DNA of 51,492 nt, counting the filler. It is 3 parts of 3 records of this genome, joined end to end, with 100 filler letters (N's around TTAATTAATTAA, not from the genome) between each part and the next. Parts side by side here need not be neighbours in the genome. Positions count along the whole stretch, not along the records: positions 32,648 to 51,492 come from DRR378314_2801; 2 more parts are not named here. One strand, given 5' to 3'. Positions 32,548 to 41,647 of the stretch are shown piece by piece. The notes below the pieces were generated by a model. It saw nothing but the letters and a program-made list of their open reading frames with translations. It made no database searches and was not told where the DNA came from. Numbering within the stretch: the first letter of the stretch is position 1; each line of letters starts with the position of its first letter. The translations under genes and the position numbers were made by a program.

Positions 32548-32647
32548 NNNNNNNNNNNNNNNNNNNNNNNNNNNNNNNNNNNNNNNNNNNNTTAATTAAT
32601 TAANNNNNNNNNNNNNNNNNNNNNNNNNNNNNNNNNNNNNNNNNNNN
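32548..32647. other. Artificial contig spacer (44N-TTAATTAATTAA-44N)
   Basis: Identical design to the first spacer. Confidence 0.98.
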
Positions 32648-32794
32648 CTGGGCGATCAACATGCGGCAGCTATTTGTGCCCAGATCAAGGGCCGCGTATA
32701 GCTCGGACGATCTGGGCGAAACTGGCACGGGGCTCAGAGCCGACTTTAAGTCCTTATCGAGCGCGCCCGCACCTTTGGGACGCTGTGGCGCCAT
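32648..32794 (-). CDS. ppx: Ppx/GppA exopolyphosphatase family protein, N-terminal fragment
   Basis: MAPQRPKGAGA...LYAALDLGTNSCRMLIAQ (ASKHA phosphate-1 motif); truncated by the spacer. Confidence 0.85.
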
Positions 32795-32883
32795 GGTGTC
32801 GCGCCTTTCATTTCGAGTTGCCCCCAAAGTAATCGCGCAAACGTTTCCGCGCAAGCTCCAAGGTATGGTTGTGCCGTGATATT

Positions 32884-33648
32884 TCAGCGATCAGGATATA
32901 TCTGGCGGTACCTTGCAATCCAATCACTGCTGGTCTGATCCGCCAATTTGCGCAACGAAGGCGTTATGCCAGCAGCAAGCGCGGGGTCCTGCCCGATATG
33001 TGACAATACATCAGCAAGGATTGCCTGTGGATCATCCGAAAGGGATTCATATGTCAGGCGCAAAGGTGCAATGTTCTCGGCGGCGAACCACGCATGCCAT
33101 GCGACGTCCAGATGACGCAGCATGTTTAACCGTTCATGTATGGCCAAGACGTTAAAACCATCCGGCAAATTCGGCACCAAGGCCTCATGGATCGACCCAT
33201 CCGCGTTGCGGTGCCATACGCCGGATTGTTCTGCTTTCACGTAAGAAGCCGCTTCCGCCAGTTTATCTTGCCGTGTCAGGTGAATAAACCGCAACGGTCC
33301 GAAGGCGGCCTGCAATCGGGCAAGATCAGAAGGCAAACCGGGATAGAGGCGGTTTAGCCAGCCACAGGCAAAGCGCAGATCCGGTCCCATCAGGCGAAGC
33401 CCGAAAACACTGGTTTTTCCGCGCCCCGCCCGCTGCATTTCCAAAAGGTAACGGCTGGAGAATGCTGGATCCATTGGATCCGCCTCTGCATCTATGCCCC
33501 AGTCCTGAGCCCATTCTTGCAGGCCTTCCTGTCGGAAAAAGCTATTGGGGCACCCTGCGACGCCAGTATCCGCCAGCATCGTGCACAGCAAGGTCGTACC
33601 GCTGCGCGGATTGCTACAAAGCACATAATTGCAAGGTAGGTCATTCAT
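32884..33648 (-). CDS. Stf0-family PAPS-dependent sulfotransferase
   Basis: 5'-PSB motif YVLCSNPRSGTTLLC, FIHLTRQDKLAEAASYVKAEQSGVWH, LTYESL, LRKLAD...W. Confidence 0.85.
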   Translation of the reverse strand: MNDLPCNYVLCSNPRSGTTLLCTMLADTGVAGCPNSFFRQEGLQEWAQDWGIDAEADPMDPAFSSRYLLEMQRAGRGKTSVFGLRLMGPDLRFACGWLNRLYPGLPSDLARLQAAFGPLRFIHLTRQDKLAEAASYVKAEQSGVWHRNADGSIHEALVPNLPDGFNVLAIHERLNMLRHLDVAWHAWFAAENIAPLRLTYESLSDDPQAILADVLSHIGQDPALAAGITPSLRKLADQTSSDWIARYRQIYPDR

Positions 33649-33778
33649 AGGGGCGTTTTATCAACCGATCCGCGGCCGGTACATGGCCCACCTCATCAAG
33701 AACTTGAGAATTATGGGGGCAAGGGCCCCTCGTCCTTGGACACCACCGGGGTTAAGAGTGGACATGGTTTTCCGCAGG

Positions 33779-33816
33779 GGTCGCGGAAAGCGCATGTGAA
33801 GTCGAAAAACGGCGCT
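33779..33816 (+). promoter_or_regulatory. Candidate tandem AraC/GlxA-family (GbdR/ArgR-like) operator half-sites, 21 bp apart
   Basis: GGTCGCGGAAAGCGCA and AGTCGAAAAACGGCGC, with GTCG at 33780 and 33801. Confidence 0.3.
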
Positions 33817-33870
33817 GACGAAAGTGCCGTACCCGTTAGACCGATGTGAGAAATTGAAGGGAATCAGCAG

Positions 33871-34167
33871 ATGGTGGACGTGACAATAGTGTACTGGCGC
33901 GACATTCCCGCGCAGATCATTGTGGGCAAGGGGCGCCGTGGTGCCAAACGCCCCCTGCCCGAGCGTTTTGAGCAGGCAATCGACCGCGTGGCCATGCGCA
34001 TCGGCGCAGAGGACAGTGACGCCTATATGGCTGATTGGCGCAAGGCCGAACCCTTTTCCGTGGAGGGTGATGCTGACGCGGTGGCTGATGCCGAGGCGCT
34101 GCGCATTGATACTGAATACGACAAGGCGCGCCTGAAAACGCTGATTGACAACGAAGGCCGTGCCTAG
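33871..34167 (+). CDS. Small conserved 'virulence factor' family protein (Virulence_fact/CvfA-B-like), 98 aa
   Basis: IVYWRDIPAQIIVG...LPERFEQAIDRVAM...DAYMADWRK. Confidence 0.8.
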   Translation: MVDVTIVYWRDIPAQIIVGKGRRGAKRPLPERFEQAIDRVAMRIGAEDSDAYMADWRKAEPFSVEGDADAVADAEALRIDTEYDKARLKTLIDNEGRA

Positions 34168-34223
34168 GCCCTTTTGAACCGACCTGAAAGATACGTGACC
34201 CCCGCATGTTGAAGGACAAGATC

Positions 34224-35153
34224 ATGGCATTGCTGAATTTTCGCCGTAAAGAAACCCCTGCCACCTCCACGCCAACCGCTGAAGTCGAAGCGTTTTTGCG
34301 CGACTATTCGATTGAGGTGATGCCGCGCACAGCCGAGAAGGTCGAGGATTTTACCGCCCTTCTGCCTGCCGAAACGCGCGTCTATGTCGCCCATATCGAA
34401 GGCACGCCTATTGAGGATATGGTCGCCACCGCCAAACGGCTGAATGCGGAGGGGTATAAGGTGATGCCGCATTTCCCCGCGCGTATCATCAAGGACCGCG
34501 CAACGCTGGCCAACTGGATCGCCATGTATCAGGGCGAGGCGGATGTGAAACAGGCGCTGCTGCTGGCCGGTGGTGTTGCCACGCCACATGGCGATTTTAG
34601 CGACAGCATGCAGCTCATGGAAACCGGGTTGTTTGATGAAGCCGGTTTTGAACGTCTGCATGTGGCAGGTCACCCCGAAGGTAACCGCGATATCGACGCA
34701 TCGGGCACCGCTGGCGTGGATGCGGCGCTGAAATGGAAGAATGACTTCCAGACCCGCACGGATGCGCAAATGGCCATTGCCACGCAATTCGCCTTTGACG
34801 CCAAACCGATCATCGCCTGGGCGGACAGTCTGCGCGAGGCAGGCATCACCTTGCCCGTACATATCGGCATCGCCGGTCCGGCCAAGTTGCAAACCCTGAT
34901 CAAATTCGCCATCGCCTGTGGTGTTGGGCCATCCCTGAAGGTGCTGCAAAAGCGTGCGATGGATGTGACCAAACTACTGTTGCCTTATGAGCCGACGGAT
35001 GTGATCAACGAACTGGCCCTGCACAAGGCCGCCAATCCTGATTTCAACATTTCCCATGTGCATTTCTTCCCGTTGGGCGGGATCAAGACCAATGCCAACT
35101 GGGCCATCGAAAACGGCGGTTCTTCTGCCGTCCCCGCGAACCCTTCCGCCTGA
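34224..35153 (+). CDS. metF: Methylenetetrahydrofolate reductase (roseobacter type)
   Basis: SIEVMP, VMPHFPAR, LLLAGG, VAGHPEGN, ATQFAFD, HIGIAGP, HFFPLGG. Confidence 0.88.
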   Translation: MALLNFRRKETPATSTPTAEVEAFLRDYSIEVMPRTAEKVEDFTALLPAETRVYVAHIEGTPIEDMVATAKRLNAEGYKVMPHFPARIIKDRATLANWIAMYQGEADVKQALLLAGGVATPHGDFSDSMQLMETGLFDEAGFERLHVAGHPEGNRDIDASGTAGVDAALKWKNDFQTRTDAQMAIATQFAFDAKPIIAWADSLREAGITLPVHIGIAGPAKLQTLIKFAIACGVGPSLKVLQKRAMDVTKLLLPYEPTDVINELALHKAANPDFNISHVHFFPLGGIKTNANWAIENGGSSAVPANPSA

Positions 35154-35180
35154 AAATCTCTCTTGTCCAAGGACACCTGA

Positions 35181-36260
35181 ATGACCCGTACCATCATCGA
35201 ATCCAAAACCAAAACCGCCGTCATCGGCTTTGATGAACCCTTCTGCGTCATCGGCGAGCGGATCAACCCGACAGGCCGCAAGATTTTGGCCGAAGAGTTG
35301 GAGCGCGATGATTTCAGCCGGGTCGAGTTTGACGCGGTTGCGCAGGCAAATGCCGGTGCCACAGTGCTGGATGTGAACTCTGGCGCGGTGTTCTCGAACA
35401 AAATGGCTGAAGACCCGCGTTACGCCGATAACAATTTCGTCGAACCGATGCTGATGCCTGAAATGATCAAACGTGTGCAGGCCGTGACGGATACGCCGCT
35501 CTGCATCGACAGCTCCGTGCCCGGCGCGCTGGAGGCCGGATTGCAGGCCTGTGAAGGGCGCCCACTGCTGAACTCTGTCACCGGCGAGGAAGAGCGTCTG
35601 GAGCTGGTGTTGCCACTGGTCAAGAAATACAACGTGCCTGTAGTAGCGATTTCCAATGATGACACCGGTATTTCCGAAGACCCCGATGTGCGCTTTGCCG
35701 TGGCCAAGCTGATTGTGGAACGCGCTGCGGATCACGGTATCCCGGCGCATGACATCGTGGTTGATCCGCTGGTGATGCCAATCGGTGCCATGGCGACGGC
35801 GGGCCATCAGGTATTCACCCTTGTGCGCCGCCTGCGCGAAGAGCTGGGCGTGAACACCACTTGCGGTGCCTCCAACATCAGCTTTGGCCTGCCCAACCGT
35901 CACGGCATCAACAATGCGTTTCTGCCCATGGCGATGGGTGCCGGTATGACAAGTGCGATTATGAACCCTGTCGCCCTGCCGATCAACGCGACCAAGATTG
36001 CGGAGAAGAAGGCCGAGCTGGAAGCGCTGGGTGTGGTTCTGCCCGAAGGGATGGAAGATGAAGCCTTTGTGCAGCTGTTCGGCATGGGGTCGACCCTGCC
36101 GCGTCCGGGAAAGGAAATGGAAGCCATCCGCGCGGCGAATTTCCTGTTTGACCGGGATCCACACGGCAGTGACTGGATCAAATTCAACAAGGTGACACCC
36201 AAAGCAGGTCAGGAAGGCCGCGGACGGGCTGGCCGTGTGGGTGGCCGGCGTCGCGGCTGA
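35181..36260 (+). CDS. Methyltetrahydrofolate:corrinoid methyltransferase (stand-alone pterin-binding domain of a split MetH)
   Basis: VIGERINPTGRK, LDVN, LCIDSS, LLNSVTGE, VVDPLVMP, GASNISFGLP, SAIMNP. Confidence 0.9.
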   Translation: MTRTIIESKTKTAVIGFDEPFCVIGERINPTGRKILAEELERDDFSRVEFDAVAQANAGATVLDVNSGAVFSNKMAEDPRYADNNFVEPMLMPEMIKRVQAVTDTPLCIDSSVPGALEAGLQACEGRPLLNSVTGEEERLELVLPLVKKYNVPVVAISNDDTGISEDPDVRFAVAKLIVERAADHGIPAHDIVVDPLVMPIGAMATAGHQVFTLVRRLREELGVNTTCGASNISFGLPNRHGINNAFLPMAMGAGMTSAIMNPVALPINATKIAEKKAELEALGVVLPEGMEDEAFVQLFGMGSTLPRPGKEMEAIRAANFLFDRDPHGSDWIKFNKVTPKAGQEGRGRAGRVGGRRRG

Positions 36261-36291
36261 CACGGCTTTACCAAAGCTAAATTCAATCTTG

Positions 36292-36325
36292 AAAAGGCCC
36301 TGACCAGCTCGGGGCCTTTTTCTTT
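36292..36325 (+). terminator. Rho-independent terminator of the metF operon
   Basis: AAAAGGCCCTGA-CCAGC-TCGGGGCC-TTTTTCTTT. Confidence 0.8.
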
Positions 36326-36368
36326 GTGACCGGTTGATCCCTGCCAAAATGTGCTGCCTGCCATTCTG

Positions 36369-36384
36369 GTAACCCGGAATTAAC
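36369..36384 (+). promoter_or_regulatory. CtrA-box-like site upstream of the che operon
   Basis: GTAA-CCCGGAA-TTAAC, one mismatch to TTAA-N7-TTAA. Confidence 0.55.
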
Positions 36385-36468
36385 GGACCGCCCCCTAAAA
36401 CCGCTCCATTGAACAGATGTGGAGCGCAGAGATGGTCCCTGCCGGAACTTTTTCAATGCGGTCATCCT

Positions 36469-36744
36469 ATGGGTGAGCCGTTGATGCCAGAGGGCAAGTT
36501 GGACGTGGCCGCCGCCGTTTCCTTTCAGAGTGAGCTGACCGCGCGGATCGGGCAGGATGTTATCATTGATTGCGAGAAAGTGACCCAGATCGGGGCGCTC
36601 TGTCTGCAAACCTGTCTGGCCGCTGCACGCGAGGCGCGCCGCAATCAAACCCGCTTTAAGATGATCAATGTCAGCGACCCCGTATTGGTGCAGCTCACCA
36701 GCATGGGTTTTACCCCTGAAACCCTTGCGGAAGGCACCACATGA
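36469..36744 (+). CDS. STAS-domain chemotaxis protein (CheS / Rhodobacter 'CheX'-like), 91 aa
   Basis: KLDVAAA...VIIDCEKVTQIGALCLQTCLAA...LTSMG; first gene before cheY, with ATGA overlap. Confidence 0.8.
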   Translation: MGEPLMPEGKLDVAAAVSFQSELTARIGQDVIIDCEKVTQIGALCLQTCLAAAREARRNQTRFKMINVSDPVLVQLTSMGFTPETLAEGTT

Positions 36745-37106
36745 CCCTTCAGATTCTGGCAGTAGACGACAGCCGCACGATGCGGGATATGATCAAACTG
36801 GCCCTTCTACCCTCGGGGTTTACGGTACATACGGCGGATGACGGCATCCATGGCATTGAGGTCTTGGATGGCATCGAACCCGATGCGATCATCACCGATA
36901 TCAACATGCCCCGGATGGATGGTTTTGGCTTTATCGATGCCGTGCGCGATCAGGACAAACACCGGGCGACCCCCATTCTGGTTCTGACCACCGAAGCCGC
37001 GCCGGAACTCAAGGCGCGTGCCCGCGCTGCAGGGGCCACTGGCTGGATCGTCAAACCCTTTGACCCGGCCAAACTTGTCAAAGCGCTTCAGATGGTTGCC
37101 GGGTAA
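36741..37106 (+). CDS. cheY: Chemotaxis response regulator CheY
   Basis: LAVDDS, ITDINMPRMDG, LTTE, WIVKPF. Confidence 0.93.
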   Translation: MTLQILAVDDSRTMRDMIKLALLPSGFTVHTADDGIHGIEVLDGIEPDAIITDINMPRMDGFGFIDAVRDQDKHRATPILVLTTEAAPELKARARAAGATGWIVKPFDPAKLVKALQMVAG

Positions 37107-37118
37107 AGGAGCAGTCTC

Positions 37119-39365
37119 ATGAGCACCGACAATGACCCTATGGCAGAAATCCGCGCCTCATTCTTCATTGAATGTGAAGAACTGCTGGAGGCCCTGCAAG
37201 ACGGGTTGCAGACCATGGATGATGAGGGCAGCGACGATCCCGAAACCATCAATGTGGTTTTCCGCGCGGTGCATTCGATCAAAGGTGGCGCAGGTGCATT
37301 TGGGCTGGAAGGTCTGGTGCGGTTTGCCCATCGTTATGAAACGGTACTTGACGAGGTACGCGCAGGCAGGTTGAGCGTTGACGCTGCTGCGCTCAAGGTG
37401 TTTTTTCAGGCGGCGGATCATTTGTCGGACCTGGTGCGGGTCAGCCGTGATGACGACGACCTGCCAGTTGCCGAAACCGCCCGTCTGTTGACCGATCTGG
37501 ATGCGTTTTTGGGCGGACCGCCCGAACAGGAAGATGAGCAGGAGATTGAATTTCAGCCAATGGTCCTGTCCTTGGACCTTGATCTGGGGGACGGGGAGGA
37601 CAGCGCTTCTGAGGGTGCCCAGCCTGATCTTGACGCTTTGCCGCCGCTGCCCGACTTTGGCAGCGATGCGCCCTACAGGATTGTTTTCACACCGCATGTT
37701 GAGCTGTTTGATACCGGCAATGAACCTGCTTTGCTGCTGCGCAACCTTATGGAGCTTGGTGAAGTTTCAGTGGTTTGTGACGCCTCAGCCCTGCCCGAGC
37801 TGGCCAAAATAACACCTGATATTCCGCACCTGAGTTGGGTGGTAACCCTGTACAGCACCGTAGATGAAAGTGAAATCCGTTCCGTTTTCGAATTTGTCGA
37901 CGGGCTGTGCCAATTGGACATATCTCGCGGGGAGGAGACATCCCCCGTCCCCCCGGATTTCGCGGATTTGCCAACCCCTTCGGAGGTGCCCGCAATAGAG
38001 GAAACGCCCCTGCCCGAGGCCCCTCCTGCCGCCGCGCAGAATGATCTTGAGGCGGGTCGCAGCACCGCTTCGCCATCCCCCCCGGTAAAAGCCGCAGCCG
38101 AAGTGGTGAAACCCGCCGAAAAGGCCAGCCGAGCACAAAGCAATGCACAGGCAAAATCCGTCGTTCGGGTTGATCTGGATCGTATCGAACGATTGGTCAA
38201 TCTAGTGGGTGAACTGGTGATCAATCAGGCCATGTTGAGTCAAAGCCTTGAAAAGTCTGGGCTTTCTCCACATTCGGATGCGATGAGCGGGCTGGAGGAA
38301 TTTCAACGGCTTACCCGTGACATTCAGGACAGTGTGATGATGATCCGCGCCCAGCCGGTGAAGTCACTGTTTCAGCGCATGTCGCGGATTGTGCGGGAAT
38401 CCTCTGCTGCTGTGGGTAAGGATGTTCGCCTGCATACCTTTGGCGAGGGCACGGAGGTTGATAAGACGGTCATTGAGCGGTTGGCGGACCCGCTGACCCA
38501 TATGATCCGAAATGCGGTTGATCACGGGCTTGAAGATCCCGAAAAACGACAGGCTGCCGGCAAACCGGCACAGGGGCGTGTCAACCTGACAGCAGCGCAC
38601 CGCAGCGGACGGGTGGTGATTGAGGTCTCCGATGATGGGGCGGGCATCAACCGGCCTCGGGTTTTACAAATCGCCATCGACAAAGGCTTGATCCCCGCAG
38701 ATGTTTCCCTGAGCGACAGTGAAATCGACAACCTTCTGTTTTTACCCGGCTTTTCTACGGCTTCCGTGGTTTCGGATTTGTCAGGGCGTGGTGTTGGGAT
38801 GGACGTAGTACGCACCGCCATTCAGGCGTTGGGTGGGCGGATCACCATCACTTCCAATCCGGGGGAAGGGACAACGTTTTCCATCTCGCTCCCGCTTACC
38901 CTGGCGGTGCTTGACGGTATGGTGATCAAGGTTGCCGGTGAAACATTGGTTCTGCCGCTTAATCTGGTGGTTGAGACGCTGACCTTGGGGCCGAACGATG
39001 TTCAGATGGTGCGCCCGGGCCGGAATGTCATCGAGGTGCGCAGCGGGTTTGTGCCGCTGTTCGATCTTGGGGCAGCCCTTGGGTATCGACCGTTGCTGGA
39101 GGACTTTGACGAATATGTTGTTCTGCTGATCGCGCAAGAGGACGGCAGCAGCGCCGCCTTGGTCATCGACAATATTATTGATCAGCGGCAGGTGGTCATT
39201 AAAGGGCTCGACGAGAGTTTTTACCGCGCACCCGGCATTGCCGCAGCCACCATTCTCGGGGATGGGCAGATCGCGTTGATCCTTGACCCGACCGACATCA
39301 TTTCCACGCCCGGTGCCGCACCAACACAAGCGCAACCAGCACAACAATTGGGACTTTCCGCATGA
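37119..39365 (+). CDS. cheA: Chemotaxis histidine kinase CheA
   Basis: FRAVHSIKGGAG (Hpt), RVDLDRIERLVNLVGELVI, HMIRNAVDHGLE, DDGAGI, SGRGVGMDVV, CheW-like C-terminus. Confidence 0.97.
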   Translation: MSTDNDPMAEIRASFFIECEELLEALQDGLQTMDDEGSDDPETINVVFRAVHSIKGGAGAFGLEGLVRFAHRYETVLDEVRAGRLSVDAAALKVFFQAADHLSDLVRVSRDDDDLPVAETARLLTDLDAFLGGPPEQEDEQEIEFQPMVLSLDLDLGDGEDSASEGAQPDLDALPPLPDFGSDAPYRIVFTPHVELFDTGNEPALLLRNLMELGEVSVVCDASALPELAKITPDIPHLSWVVTLYSTVDESEIRSVFEFVDGLCQLDISRGEETSPVPPDFADLPTPSEVPAIEETPLPEAPPAAAQNDLEAGRSTASPSPPVKAAAEVVKPAEKASRAQSNAQAKSVVRVDLDRIERLVNLVGELVINQAMLSQSLEKSGLSPHSDAMSGLEEFQRLTRDIQDSVMMIRAQPVKSLFQRMSRIVRESSAAVGKDVRLHTFGEGTEVDKTVIERLADPLTHMIRNAVDHGLEDPEKRQAAGKPAQGRVNLTAAHRSGRVVIEVSDDGAGINRPRVLQIAIDKGLIPADVSLSDSEIDNLLFLPGFSTASVVSDLSGRGVGMDVVRTAIQALGGRITITSNPGEGTTFSISLPLTLAVLDGMVIKVAGETLVLPLNLVVETLTLGPNDVQMVRPGRNVIEVRSGFVPLFDLGAALGYRPLLEDFDEYVVLLIAQEDGSSAALVIDNIIDQRQVVIKGLDESFYRAPGIAAATILGDGQIALILDPTDIISTPGAAPTQAQPAQQLGLSA

Positions 39366-39820
39366 CCGATACAGTGGGCAGCACAACCATCGAACTTCTG
39401 ACTTTTCGCTTGGCAGAGCAGGAATATGCACTTGATATCATGTCGGTGCGGGAAATCAGAGGGTGGACCCATGCCACCTCCCTGCCCCATGCGCCGCCCT
39501 ATATGAAAGGGGTGATCAACCTGCGCGGCACGGTTTTGCCGGTGATGGACCTTGCGTCGCGGCTGGGCATGGCAGAACGCAAGCAGAATGAACGCAGTGT
39601 GATCATTGTTGTGAACTATGAGGATACGATGACCGGGCTGCTGGTAGATGCAGTGTCTGACATTGTGGCGGTGACGGATGAAGATCTGCAACCCCCGCCG
39701 GAACTGGCGGCAAGCACCGCCGACGGCGTTGTCAGCGCCCTGACTCTGATCGACGAAAGGATGATCCGGGTTCTCAACCTGCCGATGACCATCAATTCTT
39801 TCGAAAGCGCCGCTGCATGA
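39362..39820 (+). CDS. cheW: Chemotaxis coupling protein CheW
   Basis: YALDIMSVREIRGW, GVINLRGTVLPVMDL, GLLVDAVSDI. Confidence 0.95.
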   Translation: MTDTVGSTTIELLTFRLAEQEYALDIMSVREIRGWTHATSLPHAPPYMKGVINLRGTVLPVMDLASRLGMAERKQNERSVIIVVNYEDTMTGLLVDAVSDIVAVTDEDLQPPPELAASTADGVVSALTLIDERMIRVLNLPMTINSFESAAA

Positions 39821-40668
39821 GTTCACGCCGGCAGGAAATTGCCAGCCTTGATGCTGCCAGTTTTCGCGCAATTGCCGCGCTGGCCTATCGCGAGAGCGGG
39901 CTGACCCTGATCGAGGAAAAAACCCCGATGATCCAGTCGCGGCTGCGGCATCGGCTGCGCGATTTGGGCCTAGTTGATTTCCCATCCTACTGTGCGCTGA
40001 TCGAGTCAGACCAAGGTCTGGATGAACGCCAGCATCTGATTTCCGCGCTGACCACAAATGTATCGCATTTCTTTCGGGAGGATCATCATTTCGAGACGCT
40101 GAAATCCGAACTGGACAGATGCCTGCCAAAGCTGCGCGCTGGTGGCCAAATGCGGATCTGGTCGGCTGGATGTTCAAACGGTCAGGAAGCGCTTTCTGCC
40201 GCGATCACCCTGATGGAACATCTGCCGGGCATTGCCGATTTGGATGTCCGCATCCTGGCCACTGATATCGATCCGAAAGTCGTGCGGTTCGCGCGCGAAG
40301 GGGTATATCCCCAACGATTACTGGGAGGCGTTCCCGCAGGGCTGATTGACAAGTATTTTCAGCAGGTTGAAGCGGTGACAGATGAACCGCATTTCTGTGC
40401 CCATCAACGGTTGCGATCCATGATCAGAATTAACGAACTTAACCTGCTTGCACCCTGGCCGATGAAAAAGAGATTTGAAGTGATCTTTTGCAGGAATGTT
40501 GTGATCTATTTCGACATCGCGACCCAAGAAACCCTATGGCCAAAATTCCATGCCGCCCTTGCCCCGGAAGGGGTTCTGTTTCTGGGCCATTCCGAAAGGA
40601 TATCCGATCCAGCCAGATTTGGTTTTATCTGCACAGGACCAACAACTTACCGCCCCGACACGCGCTGA
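39817..40668 (+). CDS. cheR: Chemotaxis methyltransferase CheR
   Basis: LTTNVSHFFRE, RIWSAGCSNGQE, LATDID, IFCRNVVIYF, LGHSE. Confidence 0.95.
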   Translation: MSSRRQEIASLDAASFRAIAALAYRESGLTLIEEKTPMIQSRLRHRLRDLGLVDFPSYCALIESDQGLDERQHLISALTTNVSHFFREDHHFETLKSELDRCLPKLRAGGQMRIWSAGCSNGQEALSAAITLMEHLPGIADLDVRILATDIDPKVVRFAREGVYPQRLLGGVPAGLIDKYFQQVEAVTDEPHFCAHQRLRSMIRINELNLLAPWPMKKRFEVIFCRNVVIYFDIATQETLWPKFHAALAPEGVLFLGHSERISDPARFGFICTGPTTYRPDTR

Positions 40669-40718
40669 ACAACCTTGCGTCGATACTGATAACAACATTC
40701 TTGCGAAGGAAGAAAACA

Positions 40719-41105
40719 ATGGCATTGCGCGATCAAATTCGGATCATGGTGGTGGATGACATGTCCACAAGCCGCGGGCTGATCACCCAGGCGCTGGATG
40801 CTTTTGGGGTGCGCAATGTCGCCACCGCCGAAAATGGCAAACAGGCCCTTCAGGCGCTGGCAAGCAAGCCCGTCCATCTGGTCATTTCAGACTACAACAT
40901 GCCAGAAATGGACGGGCTGCAATTGCTGCATTATTTGCGTGCTGCGCCCAAGACCAAGGGCGTTGGGTTTGTCTTGATTACAGGCCGTGCAGAACAGCAG
41001 ATCATTGACCATGGCAAAAAGTTGGGAATGAATAACTATCTTAAGAAGCCATTCCAACCTGATGATTTGCGCAACTGCATCGAAACCGTTGTTGGGCGCT
41101 TGTGA
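40719..41105 (+). CDS. cheY: Second CheY-like response regulator (128 aa)
   Basis: MALRDQIRIMVVDD, ISDYNMPEMDG, LITG, YLKKPF; SD AAGGAAG upstream. Confidence 0.92.
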   Translation: MALRDQIRIMVVDDMSTSRGLITQALDAFGVRNVATAENGKQALQALASKPVHLVISDYNMPEMDGLQLLHYLRAAPKTKGVGFVLITGRAEQQIIDHGKKLGMNNYLKKPFQPDDLRNCIETVVGRL

Positions 41106-41470
41106 ATAAAAGTGCTGCAGAAACCCTATCCCTGACCGATCTCTTGGCCGGGGTGTCGGGTCAGATGGACAGCTTGGCATCAGAGGTGCATCAGATCGAA
41201 CATGCGATCGGGGATGAGCTTGGGGTGATGTCCGCGCAGGGGGCGCAGACCATAACCCGGCTTCAACGGCTCGATTTCCTGCGCCAGTCTCTGGAGGATC
41301 TGGCGCTGCTGATGCATTTTCTTTCGAAAAACCATGACGGCCATGTTGAACCCGGTATCGCCGATAAACTGCGTCTTGATGCAACCAAGGCTCTACTTCA
41401 GGAACGTAGATCGGCCCGCACCCGTTTCCCGCCTGATGACCGGATCTTGGGCGAGGTTGATTTATTTTAA
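41102..41470 (+). CDS. CheT-like small helical protein with CheZ-type DxxxQ motif
   Basis: Last gene of the operon (GTGA overlap); LQRLDFLRQSLEDL; C-terminal GEVDLF. Confidence 0.6.
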   Translation: MNKSAAETLSLTDLLAGVSGQMDSLASEVHQIEHAIGDELGVMSAQGAQTITRLQRLDFLRQSLEDLALLMHFLSKNHDGHVEPGIADKLRLDATKALLQERRSARTRFPPDDRILGEVDLF

Positions 41471-41647
41471 CGCGAGTAGCCCCCTCGTTCATCGAAACCA
41501 AGACCGCACAAGTAGCTGATAACTCACCGACAAAATGCGTCCAGATGTATGCACGCTGCCATGATGTTGTGTCACAGAACCGCCTTGACCACCCGCCGCT
41601 ATGCAATGGTCGAAAACCTCACGTCATTGCCTGCTGATCGCACGGTG

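Noticed and set aside
33650..33870. Cobalamin, SAM or SAM-SAH riboswitch
   Set aside because: No B12-box or SAM/SAM-SAH consensus visible; only two simple hairpins
34164..36347. 261-aa and 457-aa minus-strand ORFs
   Set aside because: Shadows of metF and the methyltransferase
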